A DNA stretch of 64,000 nt from Obrimoposthia wandeli (taxonomy: Eukaryota). This document shows, one piece after another, positions 28,360 through 38,587 of this stretch; the stretch's first letter is position 1; each line of letters starts with the position of its first letter. The translations under genes and the position numbers were made by a program. Where the stretch lies: positions 1 to 64,000 of the forward strand of contig CDROCS010005216.1 of assembly GCA_977020255.1 (NCBI GenBank), written 5' to 3'. A model generated the notes under the pieces. It saw only the letters and a list, made by a program, of their open reading frames with translations, ran no database searches and was not told the DNA's origin.

Positions 28360-30639
28360 ATGACATTTTTTAATAAAACCTCGACGGTTAAAACATTACA
28401 GCCAGTTTTGAAGCGCAGCATGTCTAGTGGCATAGCGCTCATTGGCATGATGTTTGTATCTCTATTGGCTATTAGTAGTACCGTATCAGCTAGAACGAGC
28501 CCTAATCTTGTTATTACCACGGCTGATGTTGATAGTATGCGCAAAGCAATAACGGTAGATGGACAATTTAAAGATACCTTTATTGCCAACAAAGCCAGCA
28601 TTGAACAACAGATAAGTGAAAAAATCACGGTTCCTGTGCCAGCAGATGGTGGTGGTGGTTATACCCATGAACGTCATAAGAAAAACTACAAACTTATGTA
28701 TGATGCTGGTATCGCTTTTCAGTTAACGCAAGACGATCACTATGCAAATTTTGTTCGCGATATGTTGCTAACTTATGCTGAGCTATACCCTAAGCTGCCT
28801 TTGCATCCCAAAAGAAAAATGGGTAAGCAAAACCCGGGTAAACTATTTTGGCAAAGTTTAAATGAAGCGGTTTGGCTTGTTCATACCAGTCAAGCCTATG
28901 ACCTGATCCTCAGCTCATTATCATCCGATGAAAAAGCCAAGATAGAAAACGGTCTATTTCGTCCTATGGTAAAGTTTTTGTCTGTTGACTCGCCTGAAAC
29001 TTTTAACAAAGTGCATAATCACGGGACATGGACCACAGCTGCTGTTGGCATGACAGGCTACGTATTAGGCGAGCCTGAATGGGTTGAACAAGCGCTTTAT
29101 GGCTTAGATAAATCAGGAACGGGTGGTTTTTTAAGACAACTAGATGAGCTGTTCTCGCCACAAGGCTATTACAACGAAGGTCCTTATTATCAACGTTATG
29201 CGTTGATGCCGTTTGTTACTTTTGCTAAAGCGATTCAAACCAATCAACCAGAACGTAACATTTTTCAATATCGCGATGGTATTGTCTTAAAAGCGATCGA
29301 TACCACAATACAGTTAAGCTATAACCAATTATTCTTTCCTATTAATGACGCTATTAAAGACAAAGGCATCGACACCATTGAGTTAGTTAACGGTGTCGCC
29401 ATTGCTTATGGTCTAACGGGTGATGCTGGCTTACTTGATATAGCGCAGCAACAAGATCAAATACTGTTAACTGGCGATGGCTTAAAAGTGGCGCAAGCCT
29501 TAGATAAAAACCTTGAGCAACCTTATCATTTTAAATCAATCGCCTTTGGTGACGGTAATGACGGCAAGCAAGGTGCGTTGGTTATCATGCGACAAAATGT
29601 TGCTGGTGAACAAGCGGTGTTATTTAAACCTGCAGCGCAAGGTTTAGGGCATGGTCATTTTGATAAGTTAACGTGGCAGTTTTACGATAAAGGTGAAGAA
29701 ATAGTTTCAGATTATGGTGCTGCACGTTTTTTAAATGTTGAAGCAAAATATGGCGGTCGTTATTTACCAGAAAACCAAACCTGGGCTAAGCAAACGATTG
29801 CTCATAATACGGTTGTGGTTGATGAAGAAACGCATTTCAATGCAAATGTCGAAGAAGGTAACGCAAACCATCCCGAACTTTTATTTTTTGAAAAGAATGA
29901 CAATGTAACCATCAGTTCAGCACGTATTGATAGTGCTTACGATGGCGTGTCATTAGTTCGTACAATGGCACTGATTAACTTACCTATTCAGCCAAATACA
30001 GAAAAGACACAGTCTTTCGTGGTCGATGTTTTCGATGTTCAATCTAAAGCTGCACATCAATATGATTTACCTGTGCACTATAAAGGTCACCTAATTAGTA
30101 CAAACTTTCAATTAGATACGCAATTAACCAGCCTATCAGTTTTAGGTAAAGACAATGGTTATCAGCACTTGTGGTTGAAAGCACAAGCACAACCCAAAGC
30201 AGGTTTGTCTCAAATTACTTGGTTAAATGAAAATGGTCGATTTTACACGAACTCTTCGATTATGGATGGTGATAGTAAAGTGGTTTTTACTCAACTTGGC
30301 GCGAATGACCCTTTGTTCAACCTACGTAATGAAAATGCCTTTATTAGCCGTAAAGTCGCAGCGAAAAATCATACTTTTGTTAGTGTTTTAGAACCACATG
30401 GCGAATACAATCCATCAAAAGAGTTTACCGTATCCGCAGTAAGTAAAATTGAAACATTGTCGCATCAAAACAATAACAATATTGATGTTGTTGAGCTGGG
30501 TGTTACAGGCGAAAAACGTTATTTATTAGCATTTAATACTGCACAGAGCCTTAAAGGTAATCAAGTAAATAACTTTGAATTTAACGGTACTAAATACGAC
30601 TTTAATGGCCGTTTTAAATTATTTGAAATTAAAAAATAG
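28360..30639 (+). CDS. PL17 exo-oligoalginate lyase (alginate lyase plus heparinase II/III-like domain)
   Basis: Signal peptide, PADGGGGYTHERHK, FWQSLNEAVWL, HNHGTW, YYNEGPYYQRYA, GHGHFDKL, DYGAARF and WAKQTIAHNT. Confidence 0.93.
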   Translation: MTFFNKTSTVKTLQPVLKRSMSSGIALIGMMFVSLLAISSTVSARTSPNLVITTADVDSMRKAITVDGQFKDTFIANKASIEQQISEKITVPVPADGGGGYTHERHKKNYKLMYDAGIAFQLTQDDHYANFVRDMLLTYAELYPKLPLHPKRKMGKQNPGKLFWQSLNEAVWLVHTSQAYDLILSSLSSDEKAKIENGLFRPMVKFLSVDSPETFNKVHNHGTWTTAAVGMTGYVLGEPEWVEQALYGLDKSGTGGFLRQLDELFSPQGYYNEGPYYQRYALMPFVTFAKAIQTNQPERNIFQYRDGIVLKAIDTTIQLSYNQLFFPINDAIKDKGIDTIELVNGVAIAYGLTGDAGLLDIAQQQDQILLTGDGLKVAQALDKNLEQPYHFKSIAFGDGNDGKQGALVIMRQNVAGEQAVLFKPAAQGLGHGHFDKLTWQFYDKGEEIVSDYGAARFLNVEAKYGGRYLPENQTWAKQTIAHNTVVVDEETHFNANVEEGNANHPELLFFEKNDNVTISSARIDSAYDGVSLVRTMALINLPIQPNTEKTQSFVVDVFDVQSKAAHQYDLPVHYKGHLISTNFQLDTQLTSLSVLGKDNGYQHLWLKAQAQPKAGLSQITWLNENGRFYTNSSIMDGDSKVVFTQLGANDPLFNLRNENAFISRKVAAKNHTFVSVLEPHGEYNPSKEFTVSAVSKIETLSHQNNNNIDVVELGVTGEKRYLLAFNTAQSLKGNQVNNFEFNGTKYDFNGRFKLFEIKK

Positions 30640-30712
30640 CGATTAGCCGCTAAAAAACTGAACAAGCAAACAAATTATATATATAAATAAAATAGGTAGT
30701 GGGGGAAGCATC

Positions 30713-31093
30713 ATGAGTCAAAGTGAAAATTTTTCATTGGGTAATGAAACAGAAATTGAAGATATTGGCGGCGGATTAAAACGTCAAATGTTAGGTTACA
30801 ACCATGAGTTAATGGCGGTAAAAATTTGGTTTGAAAAAGGTGCTATTGGATACAATCATGCGCACAGACATTCTCAGGTTACTTATGTTGTTGAAGGAGA
30901 GTTTCACTTTAACATTGATGGTGTAACTAAAATCTTAAAGCCAGGTGATAGTTGTATGATACCACCACATGCTGACCATGGCGCTACGTGCCCAACTGGC
31001 GGTATTTTAATTGATACTTTCAGCCCAGCACGAGAAGATTTTGTTGAAGAAGGGGCATTTGACCATATTCATAACAAGGAAAGTAGCTCATGA
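30713..31093 (+). CDS. kdgF: KdgF cupin (ring-opening of unsaturated monouronate)
   Basis: GLKRQMLGY, HAHRHSQVTYV, IPPHADHGA and IDTFSPAREDF; downstream of PL17. Confidence 0.88.
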   Translation: MSQSENFSLGNETEIEDIGGGLKRQMLGYNHELMAVKIWFEKGAIGYNHAHRHSQVTYVVEGEFHFNIDGVTKILKPGDSCMIPPHADHGATCPTGGILIDTFSPAREDFVEEGAFDHIHNKESSS

Positions 31094-32385
31094 AACTTCA
31101 AGGCTTACGCTGGTGGGTTATTGCCTTAATCGCTCTAGCAACTGTTATTAATTATATTGACCGATCTGCGCTTAGCGTACTTTGGCCTGATATTGTTGAA
31201 GACTTATTTCCTGATGAATCTGCTTTAGAACGCAAACAAATATATGCCAATATCTCTATTGTTTTCATCTTATCTTATGCTTTTGGTCAGGCGATATTTG
31301 GCAAAATATTTGACTGGATTGGTACACGTTTAGGTTTTGTTTTATCTATTGGTGTTTGGTCGCTCGCTACTGCCGCACATGCACTTGCACAGGGCGTACT
31401 TAGTTTTAGTATTTTCCGCGCTATTTTAGGTGTTGCTGAAGCCGGTAACTGGCCAGGCGCAGCAAAAAGTAATGCTGATTGGTTCCCAACGAAAGAACGT
31501 GCTTTAGCTCAAGGTATTTTTAATTCGGGCGCTGCTATTGGCGGCATTATTGCTATTCCATTAATTGCTTATTTGACGGTTTATTTTAGCTGGCAAATGG
31601 TTTTCGTTGTTATCGGTATGTTTGGTCTGTTATGGCTTATACCTTGGCTTATTTTAGTTAAAGCACCACCTAAATCACATCCTTGGATCACTGATGAGGA
31701 ACGTGAGTATATCCTTACGGGTCAAAGAGCTAGCGATGCAACCAGCGATTGTGATGAAGATGAATATAACCCATCAACTAAAGAACTGCTTTCACGTAAG
31801 CAAAGTTGGGGCGTTATTATTGCTTCTGCAGCGATCGACCCTATTTGGTGGCTATTTGTTTTCTGGATCCCTATTTACCTAAATGAAGTTTATGCTATGG
31901 ATGTTAAATCTATTGGTATTTACGGTTGGGTGCCTTACGTTGGCGCTATGTTTGGTGCTTGGTTTGGTGGTTTGCTTGCGCAAAATCGACTAAAGGCCGG
32001 TTGGAATACAGATAAAACGCGTAAGCTGACGATAACATTGGGTTGCTTGATCATGCTGCCAGCACTATTAGCCATGGCAAATCCAGGTGGCGCCACAACA
32101 GCTGTGCTTATTATGGCGGTTATTTTGTTTGGTTTCCAAACCGCTATTGGTAATGTTCAAACACTACCAAGTGACTTATTTGGTAAAAAAGCGGTTGGTC
32201 GGCTAGCGGGTTTTTCTGGTATGGCTGCAAAGCTAGGTGCTTTAGGTTTAACCGCGTTAGTTCCTATTTTAACTGCTGATGGTAATTATACTCCAGCATT
32301 TGTCATTGGTGCCTCTTTAGCTGTTATCGCAATGGCAGCTGTCTGGATCCTTATCCCTAAAATCGAACCGTTAAAAGCTAAGTAA
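31090..32385 (+). CDS. MFS transporter, ExuT-like hexuronate/DEH importer
   Basis: LRWWVIALI, INYIDRSAL, EAGNWPGAAK, ERALAQGIFNSGA and DPIWWLFVFWIP; 4-bp overlap with kdgF. Confidence 0.9.
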   Translation: MKLQGLRWWVIALIALATVINYIDRSALSVLWPDIVEDLFPDESALERKQIYANISIVFILSYAFGQAIFGKIFDWIGTRLGFVLSIGVWSLATAAHALAQGVLSFSIFRAILGVAEAGNWPGAAKSNADWFPTKERALAQGIFNSGAAIGGIIAIPLIAYLTVYFSWQMVFVVIGMFGLLWLIPWLILVKAPPKSHPWITDEEREYILTGQRASDATSDCDEDEYNPSTKELLSRKQSWGVIIASAAIDPIWWLFVFWIPIYLNEVYAMDVKSIGIYGWVPYVGAMFGAWFGGLLAQNRLKAGWNTDKTRKLTITLGCLIMLPALLAMANPGGATTAVLIMAVILFGFQTAIGNVQTLPSDLFGKKAVGRLAGFSGMAAKLGALGLTALVPILTADGNYTPAFVIGASLAVIAMAAVWILIPKIEPLKAK

Positions 32386-32495
32386 TATCTAGCCCAAAAG
32401 GTTAAATTATAATTACTCGTTTCGCATAGCTCAATATTTTATCGGGCTATGCGTTTCGGTATTAAAACATTAATTATTAAGAATAAGGTTTGGAA

Positions 32496-33446
32496 ATGAA
32501 AAACATTTTTTTATTCGGCGAATGTATGATTGAGTTAATGTCTGCTGAAAAAGAGCAAACATCTAATACTATGAAGCAATCGTTTGCTGGCGATGTTTTT
32601 AATACCGCTGTTTATCTAAAGCGTACTTTTAGCGATGTAAAAGTACAATTAGTTACTGCGGTAGGCACAGACCAGTTCAGTCTTGATATGATCAAATATT
32701 TTGAAAGTGAAAATATTAATGCTGACTTTGTTTTTAAATCAGCAACGAAAATACCGGGTTTATATTCCATTCAACTTGATGACACCGGCGAGCGCAGCTT
32801 CACCTACTGGCGAGAAAACTCAGCGGCCCGTCAGGTTATGCAGCATATTGATCAAGCGGTTACTCAGCAATTGTCAAAAGGCGACATGTTTTTCTTCTCG
32901 GGTATTTCTCTCGCGGTAATTGAACCAGAAGCAAGAACTGAATTTTGGCTTTTAATCGAGAAATTAAAAACAGCCGGCGTACAAATTGTTTTTGACCCTA
33001 ACTATCGTCCTCGTTTATGGAGCAGTCCAGAAGTTGCTCAAACACAATTCGAACTCGCCTTACATATGTCAAATCTAGCGCTGCCTGGTGTTGATGACTT
33101 TGAACAATTATTTGGCATGACTACCGTCGAAGAAGTTAATCAGTATTGCAGTCAGTTCGATTTAGATGAGTTAATCATTAAAAATGGCGAACAAGGCATT
33201 TTAATTGTTGCTGATGATAAAAAATCCGAATTTGCTATTTCACCTGTGGCCAACGTGGTTGATACGACTTCTGCTGGTGATTCATTTAATGGCGTCTACC
33301 TTGGTGCTCGTCTTGAAGGCTATCCGATAAGTGAAGCTATTGCTTTAGCATCAAAAGCAGCCGGATTTGTCATACAGCACAAAGGTGCAATTGCACCAGC
33401 CGACGAGTTTACTACCTTTATCAAAGCTCAATTAGCATCAGTTTAA
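32496..33446 (+). CDS. kdgK: 2-keto-3-deoxygluconate kinase (PfkB family)
   Basis: GECMIEL, AGDVFNTAVY, GERSFTYWR, FDPNYRPRLW and VVDTTSAGDSFNG. ATG 32496 is preferred over TTG 32490. Confidence 0.92.
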   Translation: MKNIFLFGECMIELMSAEKEQTSNTMKQSFAGDVFNTAVYLKRTFSDVKVQLVTAVGTDQFSLDMIKYFESENINADFVFKSATKIPGLYSIQLDDTGERSFTYWRENSAARQVMQHIDQAVTQQLSKGDMFFFSGISLAVIEPEARTEFWLLIEKLKTAGVQIVFDPNYRPRLWSSPEVAQTQFELALHMSNLALPGVDDFEQLFGMTTVEEVNQYCSQFDLDELIIKNGEQGILIVADDKKSEFAISPVANVVDTTSAGDSFNGVYLGARLEGYPISEAIALASKAAGFVIQHKGAIAPADEFTTFIKAQLASV

Positions 33447-33466
33447 AAATTTAATAAGGATCACGC

Positions 33467-34090
33467 ATGAAATTATTTTCCACCCTGATGGGAAAGCAAA
33501 CGTTGTTGCCCATCATTCAAGCAAATTCAGTATCCCAAGGGCTAGCAATAGCGAAAGCTATGTCAGATGCAGGTATTGGTTTGGTTGAAGTGGTATTGAG
33601 AACGCAAGCTTCACTCGATGTTATTAAAGCGATAAAGCAAGAGCTACCTGAGTTAAAAGTTGGGGCTGGTACCGTTACTGACGCCGAAACTTTAGCACAA
33701 GCGTTAGCAGCAGGTAGTGACTTTATTATCACACCGACGATATCAACTAATTTATTAACGCATTTAGCAAACTGCCCAGTAGCTGTACTTCCTGGTGTGT
33801 CTACTGCGTCTGATATACTTTTGGCGAAAGAGTTTGGTTATCAAGAAGTTAAACTATTTCCGGCCTCACTTTCTGGTGGAGCACCATTTTTAAAGGCGAT
33901 GGGGGCGGTGTTTAAAGATATTTCTTTCTGTCCAACTGGCGGTATTAATCAAAGTAACCAAGCTCAATATTTGTCATTAGCTAATGTTTTTGCTGTCGGT
34001 GGCACTTGGATTGCTCAAGCTGATTGGGTTGAAAATGAAGATTGGTCTAAAATAACGCAAGCATGTAAAGCAGCACAAAACGTAGCTTAA
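33467..34090 (+). CDS. eda: KDPG aldolase
   Basis: VEVVLRT, VGAGTV, VKLFPA (Schiff-base Lys), FCPTGGI and VGGTW. Confidence 0.93.
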   Translation: MKLFSTLMGKQTLLPIIQANSVSQGLAIAKAMSDAGIGLVEVVLRTQASLDVIKAIKQELPELKVGAGTVTDAETLAQALAAGSDFIITPTISTNLLTHLANCPVAVLPGVSTASDILLAKEFGYQEVKLFPASLSGGAPFLKAMGAVFKDISFCPTGGINQSNQAQYLSLANVFAVGGTWIAQADWVENEDWSKITQACKAAQNVA

Positions 34091-34270
34091 ATTAGTGCTT
34101 AGCTGATTTTTAAGTGCTGTCTTAGTGCTATCTAAGTGCAGCCATTGGATAATAAATAACAGCCGTTAGCGCAGCAAGCCTAATGTACACACGTGGTTTT
34201 ATGGTGTACAACTATATTTTCCAGCATGCTTAGTGGCACTAAAAGTTATTATTTATATACAAAATGATTT

Positions 34271-34294
34271 GCGAGCTTTAATCATAAAGCTCGC
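34271..34294. terminator. Hairpin between convergent eda and proA
   Basis: GCGAGCTTTA-ATCA-TAAAGCTCGC perfect 10-bp stem. Confidence 0.65.
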
Positions 34295-34313
34295 TTATAA
34301 CTAATAAGAAGGT

Positions 34314-35585
34314 TTAAGGACGAATTTGTCCTTGACCTGCCACACGATATTTAAAAATCGTTAGTTGCTCTAAGCCCACCGGGCCACGGGCATGAATTTT
34401 ACCTGTCGCTATCCCTATTTCAGCACCCATACCAAATTCACCACCATCGGCAAATTGAGTCGAGGCATTGTGCATTACAACCGCTGAGTCAACAGCGCGC
34501 ATAAATAATTCAGCGGTATCATCATTTTCGGTAATAATAGCGTCAGTATGTTTTGACGAGTGCTTATCGATAAAATCAAGCGCTTGTGCAAGGTCTTCTA
34601 CCACTTTAACCGACAATATTGCGTCTAAGTACTCAGTATCCCAATCAGCGTCGTTTGCTGCAATAATGCGTTTATCACAAGCTTGTGCGGTAAGGTCACC
34701 TCGGACTTCACAGTCTTTTAAGGTGTCAACTAATTGAGGTAAAAATTGAGCCGCGATAGCTTTATCGATAACTAAACTTTCAGTGGCACCACAAACCCCC
34801 GTTCTGCGTAATTTAGCGTTGTTAATAACACTTAATGCTTTAGCTAAGTCGGCATCTTTATCGACATAAACATGGTTATTGCCATCGAGATGCAACAAAG
34901 TAGGCACTTGCGCTTGGTTTCTTACTAGTTCTACTAAGCCACGACCACCACGAGGAATAACTAAATCAACATACTCAGCGCAACGCAGCAATGCAGCAAC
35001 AGCTGAACGGTCGTCAGTATCAACCAATTGTATACAGGTAACGGGTAAGTTTGCAGCGCGTAACCCTGTCGCCATACAATCGACAATAATACGGGTCGAA
35101 TTTAAGCTTTCAGAGCCGCCACGCAAAATGACTGCATTGCCTGATTTAAGACATAAAGCACCGGCGTCAGCACCCACATTAGGGCGTGACTCGTAAATCA
35201 TGCCTATTACGCCAATAGGGGTTGCTACGCGAGTGATCTTCAATCCATTAGGTCGATCAAACTTGGCTAATACACGACCGACAGGATCTGGCAATTTAGC
35301 GATATCTTCTAATGCTACAGCCATTGCTTCGATTCGCTCTGGGGTCAGCTTTAAGCGATCAACAAATGACTCAGCTTTACCTGCTTGAGTTACCCCTAAT
35401 ACATCAAGGTCATTTGCTTTTAGTAGCGCTGGCGTATTTTCTCTTAAAGCATTGGCGGCGACGGTTAAAGCGATATTTTTTTGTTGCGTGGTTGCACAAG
35501 CTAACGACTTTGCAGCGGCTTTGGCTTGCTTACCGAGATTTTCAATCATACTTTCGATAGTATTAATTTCATTGTCTGATGACAT
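34314..35585 (-). CDS. proA: Gamma-glutamyl phosphate reductase
   Basis: [36 protein letters not shown], catalytic Cys in [21 protein letters not shown] and HARGPVGL. Confidence 0.95.
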   Translation of the reverse strand: MSSDNEINTIESMIENLGKQAKAAAKSLACATTQQKNIALTVAANALRENTPALLKANDLDVLGVTQAGKAESFVDRLKLTPERIEAMAVALEDIAKLPDPVGRVLAKFDRPNGLKITRVATPIGVIGMIYESRPNVGADAGALCLKSGNAVILRGGSESLNSTRIIVDCMATGLRAANLPVTCIQLVDTDDRSAVAALLRCAEYVDLVIPRGGRGLVELVRNQAQVPTLLHLDGNNHVYVDKDADLAKALSVINNAKLRRTGVCGATESLVIDKAIAAQFLPQLVDTLKDCEVRGDLTAQACDKRIIAANDADWDTEYLDAILSVKVVEDLAQALDFIDKHSSKHTDAIITENDDTAELFMRAVDSAVVMHNASTQFADGGEFGMGAEIGIATGKIHARGPVGLEQLTIFKYRVAGQGQIRP

Positions 35586-35753
35586 AAATGAGCTTCCCTT
35601 ATTTTTAATGCTGAATTAACTGGATAAATTCAATCTTGTCGGATTATATTTATTCAGTATAAAATTTTAGTGTCAATAATTTTTGTCGCTGTGTAAATTT
35701 CGCTTTAAAGTGAGGCGAATATTAGCGTTTTCTGGCTGTTCGGGTGAGAAAAG

Positions 35754-36533
35754 CTAACGTAATGCTACCGCGCGTTGATAGGCTGCTTGGACAGTCGACT
35801 CGATTAACGTTTCTAGCGTTGAGTCATTCATAAGTGCTTTTAACCCAGCTTCGGTGGTGCCATTTTTACTGGTGACAGAATTTCGTAATATTTCTACATT
35901 TTCAGTGCCTGACATGGCCAATTCAATTGAGCCACCTAGCGTGTTCAGCACTAATGCTTTCGCTGTTTCAGGTGAAAAACCTAACTTTATTGCTGATGCT
36001 ATCCAGCAGCGAGCAATCTCGAAGGCGTAGCCAGGACCACTGCCTGCAACTGCTGTTACTCTGTCTAGTTCATCTTCACTCGCAGCTAAATGGCTATAGC
36101 CAACGGCATCGGTTAGGGCTGTAGCCATGGTTATTTGCGCATGACTACAGTTTGAATTGGCATAAAGCGCACTAACGCCGCGACCAATTTGCGCTGGCAA
36201 ATTTGGCATGATGCGAATAACGGCTTGTTCACCAAGTAATTTCTCTATTGAAGATATTGAGTAGCCGGCCGCGATAGATATGATACAACCTGAATCGGCA
36301 AGATATCGACGATAAGCGGGTAACACTTTTTCTATGAGTTGCGGTTTAATGGCAATAACAATGACATCGAACTGCTGTTCGCTAAGCTCTTCAATGGCTT
36401 GTGTGACAATAACACCGCGAGGTGCTTTGACTAAAGAAGGGTTAATAACTGTGATGGTATGACTCGTAGAGGTGGCCCAACGAGTTAGCAATGAGCTACC
36501 CATTTTTCCACAACCAATCATAAGCAATGACAT
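35754..36533 (-). CDS. proC: Pyrroline-5-carboxylate reductase
   Basis: IGCGKMG, AIKPQ, ISIAAG, RIMPNLPA, TAVAGSGPGY and VTSKNGTTEAGL. Confidence 0.92.
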   Translation of the reverse strand: MSLLMIGCGKMGSSLLTRWATSTSHTITVINPSLVKAPRGVIVTQAIEELSEQQFDVIVIAIKPQLIEKVLPAYRRYLADSGCIISIAAGYSISSIEKLLGEQAVIRIMPNLPAQIGRGVSALYANSNCSHAQITMATALTDAVGYSHLAASEDELDRVTAVAGSGPGYAFEIARCWIASAIKLGFSPETAKALVLNTLGGSIELAMSGTENVEILRNSVTSKNGTTEAGLKALMNDSTLETLIESTVQAAYQRAVALR

Positions 36534-37050
36534 AAAACTCCTGATGTTTCGGTGTTCGTTTGAATGAAATACAAATAGTTTTTGCAGTTGTTCAGTATGA
36601 ACGTTTTTGATGTAATAAAACTACTTTTTTAAAACGCTGATTTTCAGAGCGATTGAAAAAATAGGTGGTTTAGTATATGATCTCTGCACTCATTTGTCGA
36701 TTGTTGCCAGGATATTGACTCGGTGTAGCTAAACACTATCGTTTGTGATGATTATTTTTCTTGTTGAATACATCATCAATTTACGTTGTTTAAGTAAGCG
36801 CTTTAGTTACGAGTTAACCGTTAACTTAATTCGAGTTCAATGACAAAAATCACGACTAAAATTGTGATTAAACTCGACTAAATAGCATGTATATATGCCG
36901 AAAATATGAAGTAAGCATACCAAGCTAGACAGCACGACAATAAAATGGAAGAAAGACGAAAATAACTGCAGTTTCATGAAGTGATATTCGCATAATCATT
37001 ATCGCTTCAACTCGGATATTTAATTTAATTAACCAAAGTACGGAGTAATT

Positions 37051-38229
37051 TTGCCCTCATTTGAACAACAAAAAACTGAAAAATCCCCTCGAAACAAACC
37101 TCGCATAGTCATTAAAGTTGGCTCAAGCTTATTAGCAAACGTTAAAAATTTAACGCCTAGCTTTGCCTTTATGCATGGTCTCCTTAGTGACATTTCTGTG
37201 CTGCAAGAACAAGGCTACGAAGTTGTGCTTACCTCCTCAGGCTCAGTTGCATTGGGTCTTAATACGATTGGCTGCTCTATCGAAAACGCCAGTGTTCAAG
37301 ATAAACAGGCGGCTGCTGCTTGTGGACAACCCATATTAATGCACGCTTACAAGCAAATCGCATTAGAGTATGGTTTTGATATTGCACAAGTATTAGTCAC
37401 CTTAGATGATTTGGAAGACCGACGTCGATTCCTCAACATCAAAAACACCGTGCATAGATTAATAAAGCAAGGTGTCATGCCAATCGTAAATGAAAACGAT
37501 ACGGTAACCACCGAAGAAATTCGTGTTGGTGATAACGATCGCTTAGCAGCTAAAGTTGCTCAGATGATCGGGGCTGAATATTTATTTATTTTAACCTGTA
37601 TCGATGGTGTTTATGACCGAGACCCTTCAGAAGAAGGCGCTGTTTTCGTTGAATCTATCGAAGATGTCAGCAGCTATATGGAAGCAGCAAGTGGCACTAG
37701 TTCTTTAGGTACAGGTGGTATGCTAACTAAATTGCAAGCCGCAAATATGGCACAAAATGCTGGCTGTACCACAATTATTGCTCGCGGCACCATGGAAGCT
37801 CCCGTTACAGCAGTATTGCGCGGTGAACGTAAACATACCAAATGTATCGCTCATTCATCTCCATCATCTGCTTGGAATATCTGGCTAACCGATCGCTTAC
37901 AAATGGCCGGTAGTTTAGTGATAAAACAAGATGTTGCTGACGCATTATTTGGCGGTGACGAAGGGTTTTCCTGTCATGATGTTATTTCTATTCATGGCAC
38001 TTTTGAACGTGCAGATGTATTACATGTTTATGACGAAAATGGCGTAGAAGTAGCTCGTGGTTTGTGTAACTTCTCATCGGATGAAACCGCTATTATTTCA
38101 AGTCGGCCGGACGAAAGCGTTCAAAAAATTCTTGGCTATACGGCTTCGCACCGTTTGATCAATAGCGAAAACTTGGTTGTATTGGCAGAACATCATCTTT
38201 CTTGGGATGAGCCAACGACAAGTGAATAA
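37051..38229 (+). CDS. proB: Glutamate 5-kinase with C-terminal PUA-like domain
   Basis: IKVGSSLL, KQAAAACGQ, PIVNENDTV, GDNDRLAA and GTGGMLTKLQAA; TTG start. Confidence 0.93.
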   Translation: MPSFEQQKTEKSPRNKPRIVIKVGSSLLANVKNLTPSFAFMHGLLSDISVLQEQGYEVVLTSSGSVALGLNTIGCSIENASVQDKQAAAACGQPILMHAYKQIALEYGFDIAQVLVTLDDLEDRRRFLNIKNTVHRLIKQGVMPIVNENDTVTTEEIRVGDNDRLAAKVAQMIGAEYLFILTCIDGVYDRDPSEEGAVFVESIEDVSSYMEAASGTSSLGTGGMLTKLQAANMAQNAGCTTIIARGTMEAPVTAVLRGERKHTKCIAHSSPSSAWNIWLTDRLQMAGSLVIKQDVADALFGGDEGFSCHDVISIHGTFERADVLHVYDENGVEVARGLCNFSSDETAIISSRPDESVQKILGYTASHRLINSENLVVLAEHHLSWDEPTTSE

Positions 38230-38239
38230 ATAACGATAA

Positions 38240-38302
38240 GGGTTACTGTCGAGTATAGACTGCATTTTTTGTTAAGCTATTGAAATTATTCGACAGTAAC
38301 CC
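38240..38302. repeat. 63-bp element bounded by a perfect 13-bp inverted repeat (terminator or miniature element)
   Basis: GGGTTACTGTCGA (38240-38252) ... TCGACAGTAACCC (38290-38302), directly after the proB stop. Confidence 0.6.
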
Positions 38303-38587
38303 CTGTTATGTTTAACTAATTTACTCTTAAGTCGTTTTTATTCAAAGGCTTAAGGCAGCTATGTGATATATATTACAAAAGCTTCTATGCACCTACAATT
38401 AGGTGTCGATTTAATAAATATAATACCTAAATGGTAGATTTCATTTTTATGCCTCGCTAACTTGTTCCTTTTTTTTATCAATGCTATAAAGTTATATATC
38501 CTCATTGTAGGTTAATTCAATTCAACAAAATGATGCGTTTTTTAGCTGTGTTATTTACTAGGCCTCAACATATACAGAAACACTAAG

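Noticed and set aside
34092-34141. Four loose T(A/T)AGTGC repeats after eda
   Set aside because: Short, irregularly spaced and imperfect; no supportable function.
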